A stretch of DNA of 64,000 nucleotides from Lachnospiraceae bacterium (GTDB lineage: Bacteria > Bacillota > Clostridia > Lachnospirales > Lachnospiraceae). The position numbers and the translations under genes are program-made. How positions within the stretch are numbered: the first letter of the stretch is position 1; every line of letters begins with the position of its first letter. The DNA is taken from assembly GCA_017544705.1 (NCBI GenBank), contig JAFYDQ010000117.1:14006-78005 (forward strand), read 5' to 3'. Of the stretch, positions 25,329-36,600 are shown piece after piece. A model generated the notes under the pieces. That model did not search any database. It was not told the origin of the DNA and saw only the letters and a list, made by a program, of their open reading frames with translations.

Positions 25329-26777
25329 TCAGAAATTCACATAGATGAATTTGGATATTTCCGATAATGACAAAATTCCCATGACCAAAAGGAAGGTGGT
25401 TGCCGCCGTAAGCTTTTTTGAGGGCGTAAAATGCAGGATGCGTTCATCCGTATTCTTCATCCGGATCGAGGCAAAGACCGCAAAGAACAGCAGCCCCAGA
25501 ACAATGACCATACCTGTGTAATACGTGGAAAGCGTGGTAAAGCGCAGGACAAGCCATTGGAGGATGTTGCATTCCGCCGGGGTCGCGGCTGCGATAAATT
25601 CAATATTGACCGGTACGATCCCGCCCACAAACAGCTCCTTGAAAAAGGCGTGTGCGCTGCCAAGATCCGGTGCCCTGAAATAAACCCAGGCCAGGTTGAC
25701 AAAGGCAAAGGTCAGCAGGAAACGGATCAGTTTCGGCCATTTGACGGAAAGCGGGGCGATCAGTTTACTGATGATGATCCCGATCCCGTGTACCATACCC
25801 CAGATGAGAAAATTAAAAGATGCACCGTGCCACAGACCGCTCAGTATAAAGATCAGGAAGTTGTTCAGATAGGTGCGCAGCTTCCCTTTGCGGTTCCCGC
25901 CAAGCGGGAAATATACATATACACGGAAAAAGCGGGTTAAAGTCATATGCCAGCGCCGCCAGAATTCCGAAACGGAAAGCGAACGGTAGGGTGAATCAAA
26001 GTTCTGCGCCAGGTCCATCCCGAGCATCAGGCAGATCCCGCGTGCCATGTCGCAGTATCCGGAAAAATCAAAATAGATCTGCATGGTATAGGAGAGCATG
26101 ACAAGAAACGCATTGGTCATCCCCAGCACGTCAATGTGCGAAAAGCCCCAATCGGCGTATTTTGCCAGGGAATCGGCAAGCAGGACCTTTTTGGCAAGGC
26201 CGAAGGAAAAGGCCGTGAGTCCGCACGCGATCCGGTCATAATCGGGCTTCTCCTCATGCAGATGTTCCCATTGCGGGATCATTTCGGAAGAAAGGGCAAT
26301 GGGCCCCACCGTGATCTTGGGAAAGAAGGTAATGAACAGGGCATAATCCAAAAAGGAACAATGCACCTCGTCTCTGTAGGTATCGACTAAAAAGGTGATC
26401 TGTGAAAATGTATAGAAACTGATGCCAAGGGGCAGGATGATCGAAAGGGCGGAAAAGTGCGTACCAAAAAGCCGGTTGCTGATATCTTCAAAGAACAGCA
26501 GATATTTGCAATAAAGGAGTGCAAGCAGGTTGCCGACGATCCCGATGACCAGGAACAGTTTTTTCTTCCGGCATAACAGTGAGATCACCCAGTTTCCGAT
26601 CACGCTCAGACAGAGCACGATCAGGGCATAGAGGTTGTGATAGCCATAGAAAAACAGAGAGGCACACAACAAAAAACACTTCGGCAGGAGCGGATAGGGC
26701 GTGCGCTTCAGCAGATGAAAAATGATGACACAAAGTGGCAGATAGATAAGAATAAAGGTATAAGAATTAAAAACCAT
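25329..26777 (-). CDS. MBOAT-family membrane O-acyltransferase (AlgI/DltB/PatA-like)
   Basis: Polytopic membrane protein carrying the MBOAT His motif region (FWRRWHMTLTRFF...GLWHGASFNFLIWG). The start is at ATG 26777 (MVFNSYTF), with AGGGGA 6 nt upstream. Confidence 0.85.
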   Translation of the reverse strand: MVFNSYTFILIYLPLCVIIFHLLKRTPYPLLPKCFLLCASLFFYGYHNLYALIVLCLSVIGNWVISLLCRKKKLFLVIGIVGNLLALLYCKYLLFFEDISNRLFGTHFSALSIILPLGISFYTFSQITFLVDTYRDEVHCSFLDYALFITFFPKITVGPIALSSEMIPQWEHLHEEKPDYDRIACGLTAFSFGLAKKVLLADSLAKYADWGFSHIDVLGMTNAFLVMLSYTMQIYFDFSGYCDMARGICLMLGMDLAQNFDSPYRSLSVSEFWRRWHMTLTRFFRVYVYFPLGGNRKGKLRTYLNNFLIFILSGLWHGASFNFLIWGMVHGIGIIISKLIAPLSVKWPKLIRFLLTFAFVNLAWVYFRAPDLGSAHAFFKELFVGGIVPVNIEFIAAATPAECNILQWLVLRFTTLSTYYTGMVIVLGLLFFAVFASIRMKNTDERILHFTPSKKLTAATTFLLVMGILSLSEISKFIYVNF

Positions 26778-26879
26778 AGGATATCCCCTGATAATCAAAT
26801 GCTTCCCTCGCGTTTATTATAAAGGATTTATAAACAAAAATCTACCGAATTAGTTTATGACAATTTCATACTCTGATTA

Positions 26880-26908
26880 TTGATTTATCGCGAAACTCTT
26901 CATATAAT
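26880..26908 (+). promoter_or_regulatory. Candidate sigma-A promoter for ftsH
   Basis: TTGATT (26880-26885), 17-nt spacer, TATAAT (26903-26908). Confidence 0.55.
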
Positions 26909-26938
26909 TGTGAATGGTAGTGAATAAAGGAGAACATT

Positions 26939-28894
<1,956 letters not shown>

Positions 28895-28911
28895 GATCAA
28901 GATCACAGGAT

Positions 28912-30744
28912 ATGGAACGATTTGATATCGCCGAAGAACTGAAAAAACTGCCGGACAAACCGGGCGTATACATCATGCACGATGAGGATGATCAGATCAT
29001 ATACGTCGGAAAGGCGGTTATCTTAAAGAACCGGGTTCGTTCCTATTTCCGTGAAAGCACCAAAAAAACCGTCAAAATTCAGCAGATGGTGTCTAAGATC
29101 AGGTGGTTTGAATACGTCGTTACCGACTCGGAACTTGAGGCACTGGTATTGGAGAACAACCTGATCAAAGAGCATCAGCCCAAGTACAACACGATGCTGA
29201 AGGATGACAAAACATATCCGTATGTCAAAGTTACGGTTCAGGAAGCATTCCCGAGGATCGTCGTTACGAGACAGGTGAAAAAGGACAACGCACGCTATTT
29301 CGGTCCTTACACGTCTGCCGGATCCGTCAGGGAAGCCGTTGAACTGTTACGTAAAGCATATAAGATCAGGGTCTGCACAAATCTGAAGGCAGGCCCTTGT
29401 CTGTATTATCATATCGGGCAGTGCGAAGCTCCCTGCACCGGAAACGTGACAAAGGAAGCGTACACGGAGAATGTACAAAAAGCGCTGTCTTTCCTTAACG
29501 GTAATTACAAACCCCTGTTGCATCAGCTGGAAGAGGAGATGAACGAAGCCGCCGAACAGATGGAATATGAAAAGGCGGCACAGCTGCGCGATCAATTGCA
29601 ATCCGTGCAGCTGATCACACAGACACAAAAGATCACCGACCTTTCCGGAGACGATAAAGACGTGATCGCAATTGCCGGCGATCATCAATCCGTGATCGTG
29701 CAGGTGTTCTTTATCAGGGACGGGAAGATCCTCGGCAGAGAGCACTATTACATGAAACAGACAGAGGGAGAGGAAACGGAAGAGCTGCTGAGAAGCTTTA
29801 TTACCCAGTACTATGCGTCCAGTCCCAAGATCCCGCATGAGCTGATCTTATCGGCACCCGTGAATGACAGGGAATTGCTTGAAGAATGGCTGAAGAAACT
29901 GCGCGGAGCAAAAGTAAGCATCACCGTTCCCGTAAAAGGCAAAAAGGAAAAACTGGCCGAGCTCGCTGAGAAGAACGCAAGGATCGTATTGCAGCAGGAC
30001 ATCGAAAAGATTGAAAGAGAAAAGAAAAAAAGTGAACTGGCCGTGCGGGAAATCGAGAACCTGTTGGGACTGCAGGATCTTGCAAGAATGGAAGCATACG
30101 ATATTTCCAATATCAGCGGGTTTGATTCGGTCGGCTCCATGGTGGTTTATGAAAACGGCAGGCCGAAAAAGAACGATTACAGGAAGTTTAAGATCAAATC
30201 CGTTGCCGGAGCAAATGATTATGCCAGCATGGAGGAAGTGCTGACAAGGCGTTTTGCGCACGGACTCGCAGAGCGGGAACAGGGAGAGGACGGAAAGTTT
30301 GTCAGATTCCCGGATCTGATCTTAATGGACGGCGGCAAGGGGCAGGTCCACATTGCCGAGAGGGTTCTGGAAAATTTGGGACTTTCCATTCCGGTATGCG
30401 GCATGGTAAAGGATGACCGGCACAGGACGAGAGGACTGTACTATAACGATACGGAGATCGCGATCAGTACGAACACGGAAGGATTTAAACTGATCACCAG
30501 GATCCAGGATGAAGCGCACCGCTTTGCCATCACGTTTCACCGGTCTTTGCGGGGGAAGGGACAGGTGCATTCCGTTCTGGATGACATCCCGCAGATCGGG
30601 CAAAGAAGGCGCAAGGAGATCATGCGGCATTTCAACGGACTGGAGGAACTGAAAGCGGCAAGCGTTGAGGAATTGATGCGCGTCCCGGGGATGAATGCAC
30701 GTTCCGCACAGTGCGTATATGACTTTTTTCATGAGAAAAAGTAG
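28912..30744 (+). CDS. uvrC: Excinuclease ABC subunit C
   Basis: GIY-YIG N-terminus (PGVYIMHDEDDQIIYVGKA), UVR domain (YEKAAQLRDQL), endonuclease V-like domain and C-terminal (HhH)2. Confidence 0.95.
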   Translation: MERFDIAEELKKLPDKPGVYIMHDEDDQIIYVGKAVILKNRVRSYFRESTKKTVKIQQMVSKIRWFEYVVTDSELEALVLENNLIKEHQPKYNTMLKDDKTYPYVKVTVQEAFPRIVVTRQVKKDNARYFGPYTSAGSVREAVELLRKAYKIRVCTNLKAGPCLYYHIGQCEAPCTGNVTKEAYTENVQKALSFLNGNYKPLLHQLEEEMNEAAEQMEYEKAAQLRDQLQSVQLITQTQKITDLSGDDKDVIAIAGDHQSVIVQVFFIRDGKILGREHYYMKQTEGEETEELLRSFITQYYASSPKIPHELILSAPVNDRELLEEWLKKLRGAKVSITVPVKGKKEKLAELAEKNARIVLQQDIEKIEREKKKSELAVREIENLLGLQDLARMEAYDISNISGFDSVGSMVVYENGRPKKNDYRKFKIKSVAGANDYASMEEVLTRRFAHGLAEREQGEDGKFVRFPDLILMDGGKGQVHIAERVLENLGLSIPVCGMVKDDRHRTRGLYYNDTEIAISTNTEGFKLITRIQDEAHRFAITFHRSLRGKGQVHSVLDDIPQIGQRRRKEIMRHFNGLEELKAASVEELMRVPGMNARSAQCVYDFFHEKK

Positions 30745-30803
30745 AATGCAGGCGCTTTATGTGATATAATTTTATGTTAAAGAACGGATGAATGGGGGAT
30801 TAT

Positions 30804-31739
30804 ATGGCAACCGTAGCAGTCAGCACATTGATAGAAAAAATGGAACTGACAAACCTGACACCGGAGATCGATGTCACGAAGATCAAGATCGCTCAGCCGG
30901 ATATCAACAGGCCGGCGCTTCAGCTGGCGGGTTATACCGAGCACTTTGAAAAGAGCCGTGTTGAGATCATCGGGTTTGTTGAATATTCCTATATGGAAAG
31001 CTTAAGCGAAGAGGTCAGAAAGGAACGGTATGATGAGGTGATCTGCGAAGAAGCACCCTGCTTCGTATTCTGCAGAGAGTTAAATCCGGATCCGCTGTTT
31101 CTGGAGATGGCACGAAAAAAGAACGTGCCGGTGCTTTCCACCAAGAAATCCACTTCCGCATTCATGGCCGAGATCATCAGATGGCTGAACGTAAAGCTGG
31201 CTCCGTGTGTTTCCGTTCATGGCGTTTTGGTTGATGTATACGGCGAAGGTGTACTGATCACCGGAGAGAGCGGAATCGGTAAAAGCGAAGCCGCGCTGGA
31301 ACTGGTTAAGAGGGGACACCGCCTGGTAACGGATGATGTTGTGGAGATCGGGAAGGTCAGCGATGATACACTGATCGGCTCCGCACCGGATATCACAAAA
31401 CATCTGATCGAACTCAGGGGTATCGGGATCGTGGACGTAAAGATGCTGTTCGGTGTTTCGTCTGTCCGCGATACGCAGTCGATCGATCTGGTGATCCGCC
31501 TGGAGGAATGGGATAAAGACAAGAATTACGACAGGATCGGGCTGGAAGAAGAATACATCGAGTATTTGGGAAACAAGGTGGTCTGCCACAACATTCCGAT
31601 CAGACCCGGACGGAACCTGGCGATCATCTGTGAGTCTGCCGCAGTCAATTACAGGCAGAAGAAGATGGGTTATAATGCTGCCAAGGAATTATATGCACGT
31701 GTTCAGAATTCTTTAAAGCAGCGTGAGGACGAAGAATAA
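30804..31739 (+). CDS. hprK: HPr kinase/phosphorylase
   Basis: P-loop GESGIGKSE and the signature LIELRGIGIVDV. ATG 30804 has GGGGGA 5 nt upstream. Confidence 0.9.
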   Translation: MATVAVSTLIEKMELTNLTPEIDVTKIKIAQPDINRPALQLAGYTEHFEKSRVEIIGFVEYSYMESLSEEVRKERYDEVICEEAPCFVFCRELNPDPLFLEMARKKNVPVLSTKKSTSAFMAEIIRWLNVKLAPCVSVHGVLVDVYGEGVLITGESGIGKSEAALELVKRGHRLVTDDVVEIGKVSDDTLIGSAPDITKHLIELRGIGIVDVKMLFGVSSVRDTQSIDLVIRLEEWDKDKNYDRIGLEEEYIEYLGNKVVCHNIPIRPGRNLAIICESAAVNYRQKKMGYNAAKELYARVQNSLKQREDEE

Positions 31740-31756
31740 GAGACGGAGAGAAACGG

Positions 31757-32692
31757 ATGAGTAAGTATTGTTTTGGCGTTGATGTGGGAGGAACGACGGT
31801 CAAAATGGGACTGTTCACCCCGGACGGAGATCTTCTGGAAAAGTGGGAAATTCCGACAAGGACCGAAGAGCAGGGCGCACATATCATTGATGACATCGCG
31901 GAAGCGATCGATCGCAAGATCAAGGATGCGCACATTGACAGAGATGATGTGATCGGCGTAGGCGTCGGCGTGCCGGGACCTGTCAATAAGGACGGTATCG
32001 TCTTTCAGGCAGTCAACCTCGGATGGGGGGTTGTCGATCTCAGAAAGGAACTTCACGAAAAGACGGGGTTCCGTGTAAAAGCAGGCAATGATGCCAATGT
32101 TGCGGCGCTCGGAGAGCAGTGGAAGGGCGGCGGAAAAGGCTATGATGACATGGTGCTCGTTACACTCGGTACGGGTGTGGGCGGCGGTATCATCGTAAAC
32201 GGCAAAATGCTTGTCGGCGTCGGCGGTGCAGGCGGAGAGATCGGCCACATCCATTTGGAGGACGAAGAGACAGAACCCTGCGGATGCGGGAATTACGGAT
32301 GCATGGAACAATATGCAAGTGCAACCGGTATTGTACGCCTTGCAAAAAGAAAACTTGCCAAGTCATCCGCGGACAGTGTTTTGAGAAACGGTCCTTTATC
32401 CGCAAAGCATATCTGGGATGCCATTAAGGACGGAGATGCTTTAGCCGTTGAAGTAGCCGAGGAATTCGGTGAATATCTCGGAAAAGGACTTGCGATCATC
32501 GCCGATATCTGCAATCCGAAAATCTTTGTGCTGGGCGGCGGTGTTTCCAAAGCGGGAGATATTCTGATCACTTATGTGCAGAAGTATTATAAAAAATATG
32601 TATTCCATGCAAGCAGGGATGCGATTTTTACGCTTGCGGTCCTTGAAAATGATGCCGGCATTTACGGTGCGGCAAAACTGATCCTGGATTAA
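31757..32692 (+). CDS. glcK: ROK-family glucokinase
   Basis: The motifs GVDVGGTTVKMG, the ROK signature and the zinc motif CGCGNYGCMEQYAS are present. Confidence 0.85.
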   Translation: MSKYCFGVDVGGTTVKMGLFTPDGDLLEKWEIPTRTEEQGAHIIDDIAEAIDRKIKDAHIDRDDVIGVGVGVPGPVNKDGIVFQAVNLGWGVVDLRKELHEKTGFRVKAGNDANVAALGEQWKGGGKGYDDMVLVTLGTGVGGGIIVNGKMLVGVGGAGGEIGHIHLEDEETEPCGCGNYGCMEQYASATGIVRLAKRKLAKSSADSVLRNGPLSAKHIWDAIKDGDALAVEVAEEFGEYLGKGLAIIADICNPKIFVLGGGVSKAGDILITYVQKYYKKYVFHASRDAIFTLAVLENDAGIYGAAKLILD

Positions 32693-32699
32693 AACAGAA

Positions 32700-33623
32700 A
32701 TGAAGGAATCCTTAAGAACCAAAGTCCTTGCGATCATAAGCGAGGATCAGATCCTGTATAACGAACCGATGAGTCTGCACACGACATTCCGCGTGGGCGG
32801 GATGGCGGACACCGTACTGATTCCCGGGAACGAAAAAGAGGCGGTTGCTTTGCTCCGCCTTTTTTCTGATTGCAAAGAACCCTGGTTTGTGCTTGGAAAC
32901 GGCAGCAATCTTCTGGTCAGTGACAAGGGATATCGCGGCACGGTCATCTGGATCGACCATAATTTATCAGAGATCACGATAGACGATGATAAGATCCGCG
33001 CGGATGCCGGCGCTTTGCTTGTTAAGATCGCGAGTCTGGCTGCCGAAGCGTCGCAAAGCGGCATGGAATTCGCTTCCGGGATTCCCGGAACTCTGGGCGG
33101 CGCCATTGCCATGAATGCCGGGGCATACGGCGGGGAAATGAAAGACATTGTTGAATCGGCCCGCATTTTTAACCCGGAAACGAAACAATGCGAGGAGATT
33201 GCCGGGAAGGATCTTTGCTTTTCTTACCGGAACAGCCTGATCAGGCAGAAGGGATACGTTGTCCTCAGCGCGACATTAAAGCTTGCAAAAGGAGATCCGG
33301 TATCGATCCGGTCCCGCATGGCGGAGCTGAAAGAGGCGAGAACGCAGAAACAGCCGCTGGAGTTTCCGAGCGCCGGATCCACCTTCAAGAGACCGGAGGG
33401 TTATTTTGCAGGAAAACTGATCGATGACGCAGGGTTAAGAGGATATCGTGTCGGCGATGCGCAGGTATCGGAGAAACATGCGGGATTTGTGATCAATACG
33501 GGCAGGGCGACGGCGGAGGATGTGATCACGCTGATCCGGAATGTCCGGAAGGAAGTATATGAAAAATCCGGCATCCTTTTGGAGCCGGAAGTATGTATGC
33601 TTGGTGAGGGACTTGAATTATGA
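32700..33623 (+). CDS. murB: UDP-N-acetylenolpyruvoylglucosamine reductase
   Basis: FAD-binding PCMH domain (HTTFRVGG.AD, GNGSNLLV) and the MurB C-terminal domain (PSAGSTFKRP). Confidence 0.9.
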   Translation: MKESLRTKVLAIISEDQILYNEPMSLHTTFRVGGMADTVLIPGNEKEAVALLRLFSDCKEPWFVLGNGSNLLVSDKGYRGTVIWIDHNLSEITIDDDKIRADAGALLVKIASLAAEASQSGMEFASGIPGTLGGAIAMNAGAYGGEMKDIVESARIFNPETKQCEEIAGKDLCFSYRNSLIRQKGYVVLSATLKLAKGDPVSIRSRMAELKEARTQKQPLEFPSAGSTFKRPEGYFAGKLIDDAGLRGYRVGDAQVSEKHAGFVINTGRATAEDVITLIRNVRKEVYEKSGILLEPEVCMLGEGLEL

Positions 33624-34495
33624 GGTTTGTGATCGTTACCGGTATGAGTGGTGCCGGGAAGAGTTCGGCGCTGAAAATGCTGGAAGATGCAGGATATTAT
33701 TGTGTGGATAATCTGCCTGTCCCGCTGATCGAAAAGTTTGCGGAACTGGTCTCCACACCGAATTCCGAGATCGAAAAGGTCGTGATCGGCGTGGATGTCA
33801 GAACGGGACATGCCTTTTCGGAACTGGAACAGGTATTGGATCAGATGACGGTATCCGGTGTTCCGTTTGAAGTGCTCTTTTTCGAGGCTTCGGACGAGAC
33901 GCTGATCAAGCGCTATAAAGAGACCAGGCGGGTTCATCCGCTGGCGGGAACGGACCGTATTGATGCGGGGATTGCCAAAGAGCGGGAAGAACTGGCCGCG
34001 ATCAAGCGCAGGGCAAACTATATTTTAGACACCAGCCAGATGCTGACCAGAGAGCTGAAAGCCGAGATCGACAAGATTTTTGTCAGCAACCGGAATTATA
34101 AGAGCCTGTTTGTAACGATCATTTCCTTCGGGTTTAAGTACGGTATCCCTTCGGATGCAGACCTGGTGTTTGATGTCCGTTTCCTGCCGAATCCCTATTA
34201 CTTTGAGGAATTAAAGAATCTGACCGGAAACGATCAAAAGGTTCAGGACTATGTAATGGGATTTCCCGAGGCAGGACAGTTTCTTGACAAGCTGGAGGAT
34301 ATGCTTTCGTTCCTGCTTCCCAAGTACATTCTGGAAGGAAAGAACCGGCTCGTGGTATCGATCGGATGTACGGGTGGCAAGCACAGGAGCGTCACGCTGG
34401 CCAATGCACTTTACGAACGGATGCGGGACCATGATGATTACGGGTTCAAGATCGAGCACAGGGATATCGAAAAGGATACGCACAGAAAGAAGTAG
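33620..34495 (+). CDS. rapZ: RNase adapter / nucleotide-binding protein RapZ (YvcJ)
   Basis: P-loop VTGMSGAGKS. The conserved C-terminal motif is IGCTGGKHRSV. The start overlaps murB by 4 nt. Confidence 0.9.
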   Translation: MRFVIVTGMSGAGKSSALKMLEDAGYYCVDNLPVPLIEKFAELVSTPNSEIEKVVIGVDVRTGHAFSELEQVLDQMTVSGVPFEVLFFEASDETLIKRYKETRRVHPLAGTDRIDAGIAKEREELAAIKRRANYILDTSQMLTRELKAEIDKIFVSNRNYKSLFVTIISFGFKYGIPSDADLVFDVRFLPNPYYFEELKNLTGNDQKVQDYVMGFPEAGQFLDKLEDMLSFLLPKYILEGKNRLVVSIGCTGGKHRSVTLANALYERMRDHDDYGFKIEHRDIEKDTHRKK

Positions 34496-34500
34496 GGACC

Positions 34501-35334
34501 ATGTCTTTTTCCGGAAAAGTCAAAGAAGAGTTGGTAAACGTGATCAGCCATTCCAGGCACTGTCAGATTGCCGAACTGGCGGCGCTTTTCCTTTTTCTGA
34601 GGGAGCCTTCGCAGGAGGGGATCTCGCTGCGCACGGATAACGAAGCAGTTCTAAGAAAATACTTTACTTTAATTAAAAAAACCTTTAATATAGATAATGC
34701 GCTTTATAAAGAGGAAGAAAAGCAGATACTTTCGGCTGTTTACGGGCCAAGTCTTTTGCAAAAATCCTGTTGCCGCAGAGCCTATTTAAGAGGTGCATTT
34801 CTCGCGGTCGGTTCTGTCAGCGATCCCGAAAAGTCCTATCATCTGGAAATGGTTTGCCAGTCTGAAGAAAGGGCGGATGAGATTCGGGAGTTACTTGCAA
34901 CCTTTGAGATTGCAGCCAAACAGGTAGTCCGTAAAGGCCATTATGTGGTGTATCTGAAGGAAGGGTCGCAGATCGTCGATACCCTCAACGTGATCGGTGC
35001 GCATGTTGCCCTGATGGATTTTGAAAACTCAAGGATCCTGAAGGATATGCGGAATTCGGTTAACAGGCGCGTAAACTGTGAGACCGCAAACATCGGTAAA
35101 ACGGTATCAGCGGCGGTCAGGCAGGCCGGGGATATCGAACTGGTCATGCAAAGCGAACTCTATGAGGAATTACCCGATTCCCTCAAAGCGATCGCACAGG
35201 CGCGGCTAATGAATCCGAATGTTTCTCTCAAGGAACTCGGAGAATTGCTGGATCCGCCGATCGGGAAATCGGGTGTCAATCATCGTCTTCGCAAGCTGAG
35301 CGAAATTGCGGCCGCTTTAAGGGACAAGCAATAG
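34501..35334 (+). CDS. whiA: DNA-binding sporulation/cell-division regulator WhiA
   Basis: The sequence MSFSGKVKEEL...C..AELAAL, a LAGLIDADG-like core and the C-terminal HTH (LKELGELLDPPIGKSGVNHRLRKL) are present. At 277 aa it is somewhat shorter than typical WhiA. Confidence 0.85.
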   Translation: MSFSGKVKEELVNVISHSRHCQIAELAALFLFLREPSQEGISLRTDNEAVLRKYFTLIKKTFNIDNALYKEEEKQILSAVYGPSLLQKSCCRRAYLRGAFLAVGSVSDPEKSYHLEMVCQSEERADEIRELLATFEIAAKQVVRKGHYVVYLKEGSQIVDTLNVIGAHVALMDFENSRILKDMRNSVNRRVNCETANIGKTVSAAVRQAGDIELVMQSELYEELPDSLKAIAQARLMNPNVSLKELGELLDPPIGKSGVNHRLRKLSEIAAALRDKQ

Positions 35335-35346
35335 GAGGAGCATATT

Positions 35347-35601
35347 ATGACGAAGAAGGAAGTGGAGATTCAATTGGAAAACGGACTGGAAGCAAGACCG
35401 ATCGCACTTTTGGTGCAGGTTGCCAGCCAGTATGACAGTTCCATCTATATTGAATCCGAAGGAAAGCGTGTCAATGCAAAGAGCATCATGGGCATGATGA
35501 CGCTGGTTCTTTCCGCAGGGGACCGTATTGTGGTTTCCGCAGACGGAAAGGATGAAGAAGAGGCGTTAAACGGCGTGGAAGCATATCTTTGCGGACGTTG
35601 A
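35347..35601 (+). CDS. crh: Crh-like HPr-family protein (Glu at position 15, Ser46 retained)
   Basis: 84 aa. The sequence NGLEARPIALLVQ...KRVNAKSIMGMMTL aligns along its full length with HPr/Crh. Its position after whiA matches the B. subtilis yvcJ-yvcK-yvcL-crh arrangement. Confidence 0.8.
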   Translation: MTKKEVEIQLENGLEARPIALLVQVASQYDSSIYIESEGKRVNAKSIMGMMTLVLSAGDRIVVSADGKDEEEALNGVEAYLCGR

Positions 35602-35625
35602 GCACGGTTTGCGAGATGTAAGAAT

Positions 35626-36600
35626 ATGCCGGAGAGAAAGAAACCGATCAAACTGTATATGGTACTCCCCTGCTACAATGAGGAGGAAGTATTGCAAAGC
35701 AGCGCCGAAACGGTGCTGCGCCTTTTTGATGATCTGATCAAAAAAGCAGAGATCAAAAAGGGCAGCCGGATCCTGTTTGTGGATGACGGATCAAAGGACG
35801 GGACCTGGGAGATCATTTCCAGGCTCCACGAAAAGGACCGCAGGTTCTGTGGGATCAGACTTTCCAAAAACAAAGGACATCAGATCGCGATCTATGCGGG
35901 AATGAATTATGCCGTTGACCGGGGCTGTGACTGTGTGGTTACGATCGATGCGGATCTGCAGCAGGATATCGAGGCACTCCCTGATTTTCTTCAGAAGTTC
36001 CGCGAGGGCAATGATATTGTTTACGGAATCCGGGACTCCAGGAATACGGATCGCTTTTTTAAGAAAACTTCGGCAACGATTTATTATAAAGCCATGCGTC
36101 TGCTCGGCTGTAACCTGGTAGAGCAGAGTGCGGATTACAGACTTCTGTCGGCACGCGCCGTCAGATCGCTTTCTTCTTATAAGGAAAGTAATCTTTTCAT
36201 ACGCGGCCTAGTTCCGGAAATGGGATATCAGAGTGATGTCGTATATTTCCATGTCAGGGAACGGGAGGCCGGCACATCGAAATACACCCTGAAAAAGATG
36301 CTGACGCTCGCGCTTGACGGGATCACATCTTTCAGCATTACACCGATCAGATGGGTCATTCTTCTGGGACTCATCGTCTTTCTGATCTCGATCGTGATGA
36401 TGGTCATGACATTGATCGATCACATGCGGAACGTAACGGTTCCCGGATGGTCCACGCTCACGATCAGCATCTGGTTTCTCGGAAGCGTGCAGCTTCTTTC
36501 GATCGGGATCATCGGAGAATATGTCGGGCGGACCTATATGGAAGCCAAGAACAGACCCCGCTACTTTATCAGCGATATAACAGGTGAATCGGATGATTGA
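35626..36600 (+). CDS. GT2-family polyprenol-phosphate glycosyltransferase (GtrB/ArnC/CsbB-like)
   Basis: GT-A motifs are VLPCYNEEE, FVDDGSKDGT and TIDADLQQD. Two C-terminal TM helices are typical of polyprenyl-phosphate sugar synthases. Confidence 0.8.
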   Translation: MPERKKPIKLYMVLPCYNEEEVLQSSAETVLRLFDDLIKKAEIKKGSRILFVDDGSKDGTWEIISRLHEKDRRFCGIRLSKNKGHQIAIYAGMNYAVDRGCDCVVTIDADLQQDIEALPDFLQKFREGNDIVYGIRDSRNTDRFFKKTSATIYYKAMRLLGCNLVEQSADYRLLSARAVRSLSSYKESNLFIRGLVPEMGYQSDVVYFHVREREAGTSKYTLKKMLTLALDGITSFSITPIRWVILLGLIVFLISIVMMVMTLIDHMRNVTVPGWSTLTISIWFLGSVQLLSIGIIGEYVGRTYMEAKNRPRYFISDITGESDD

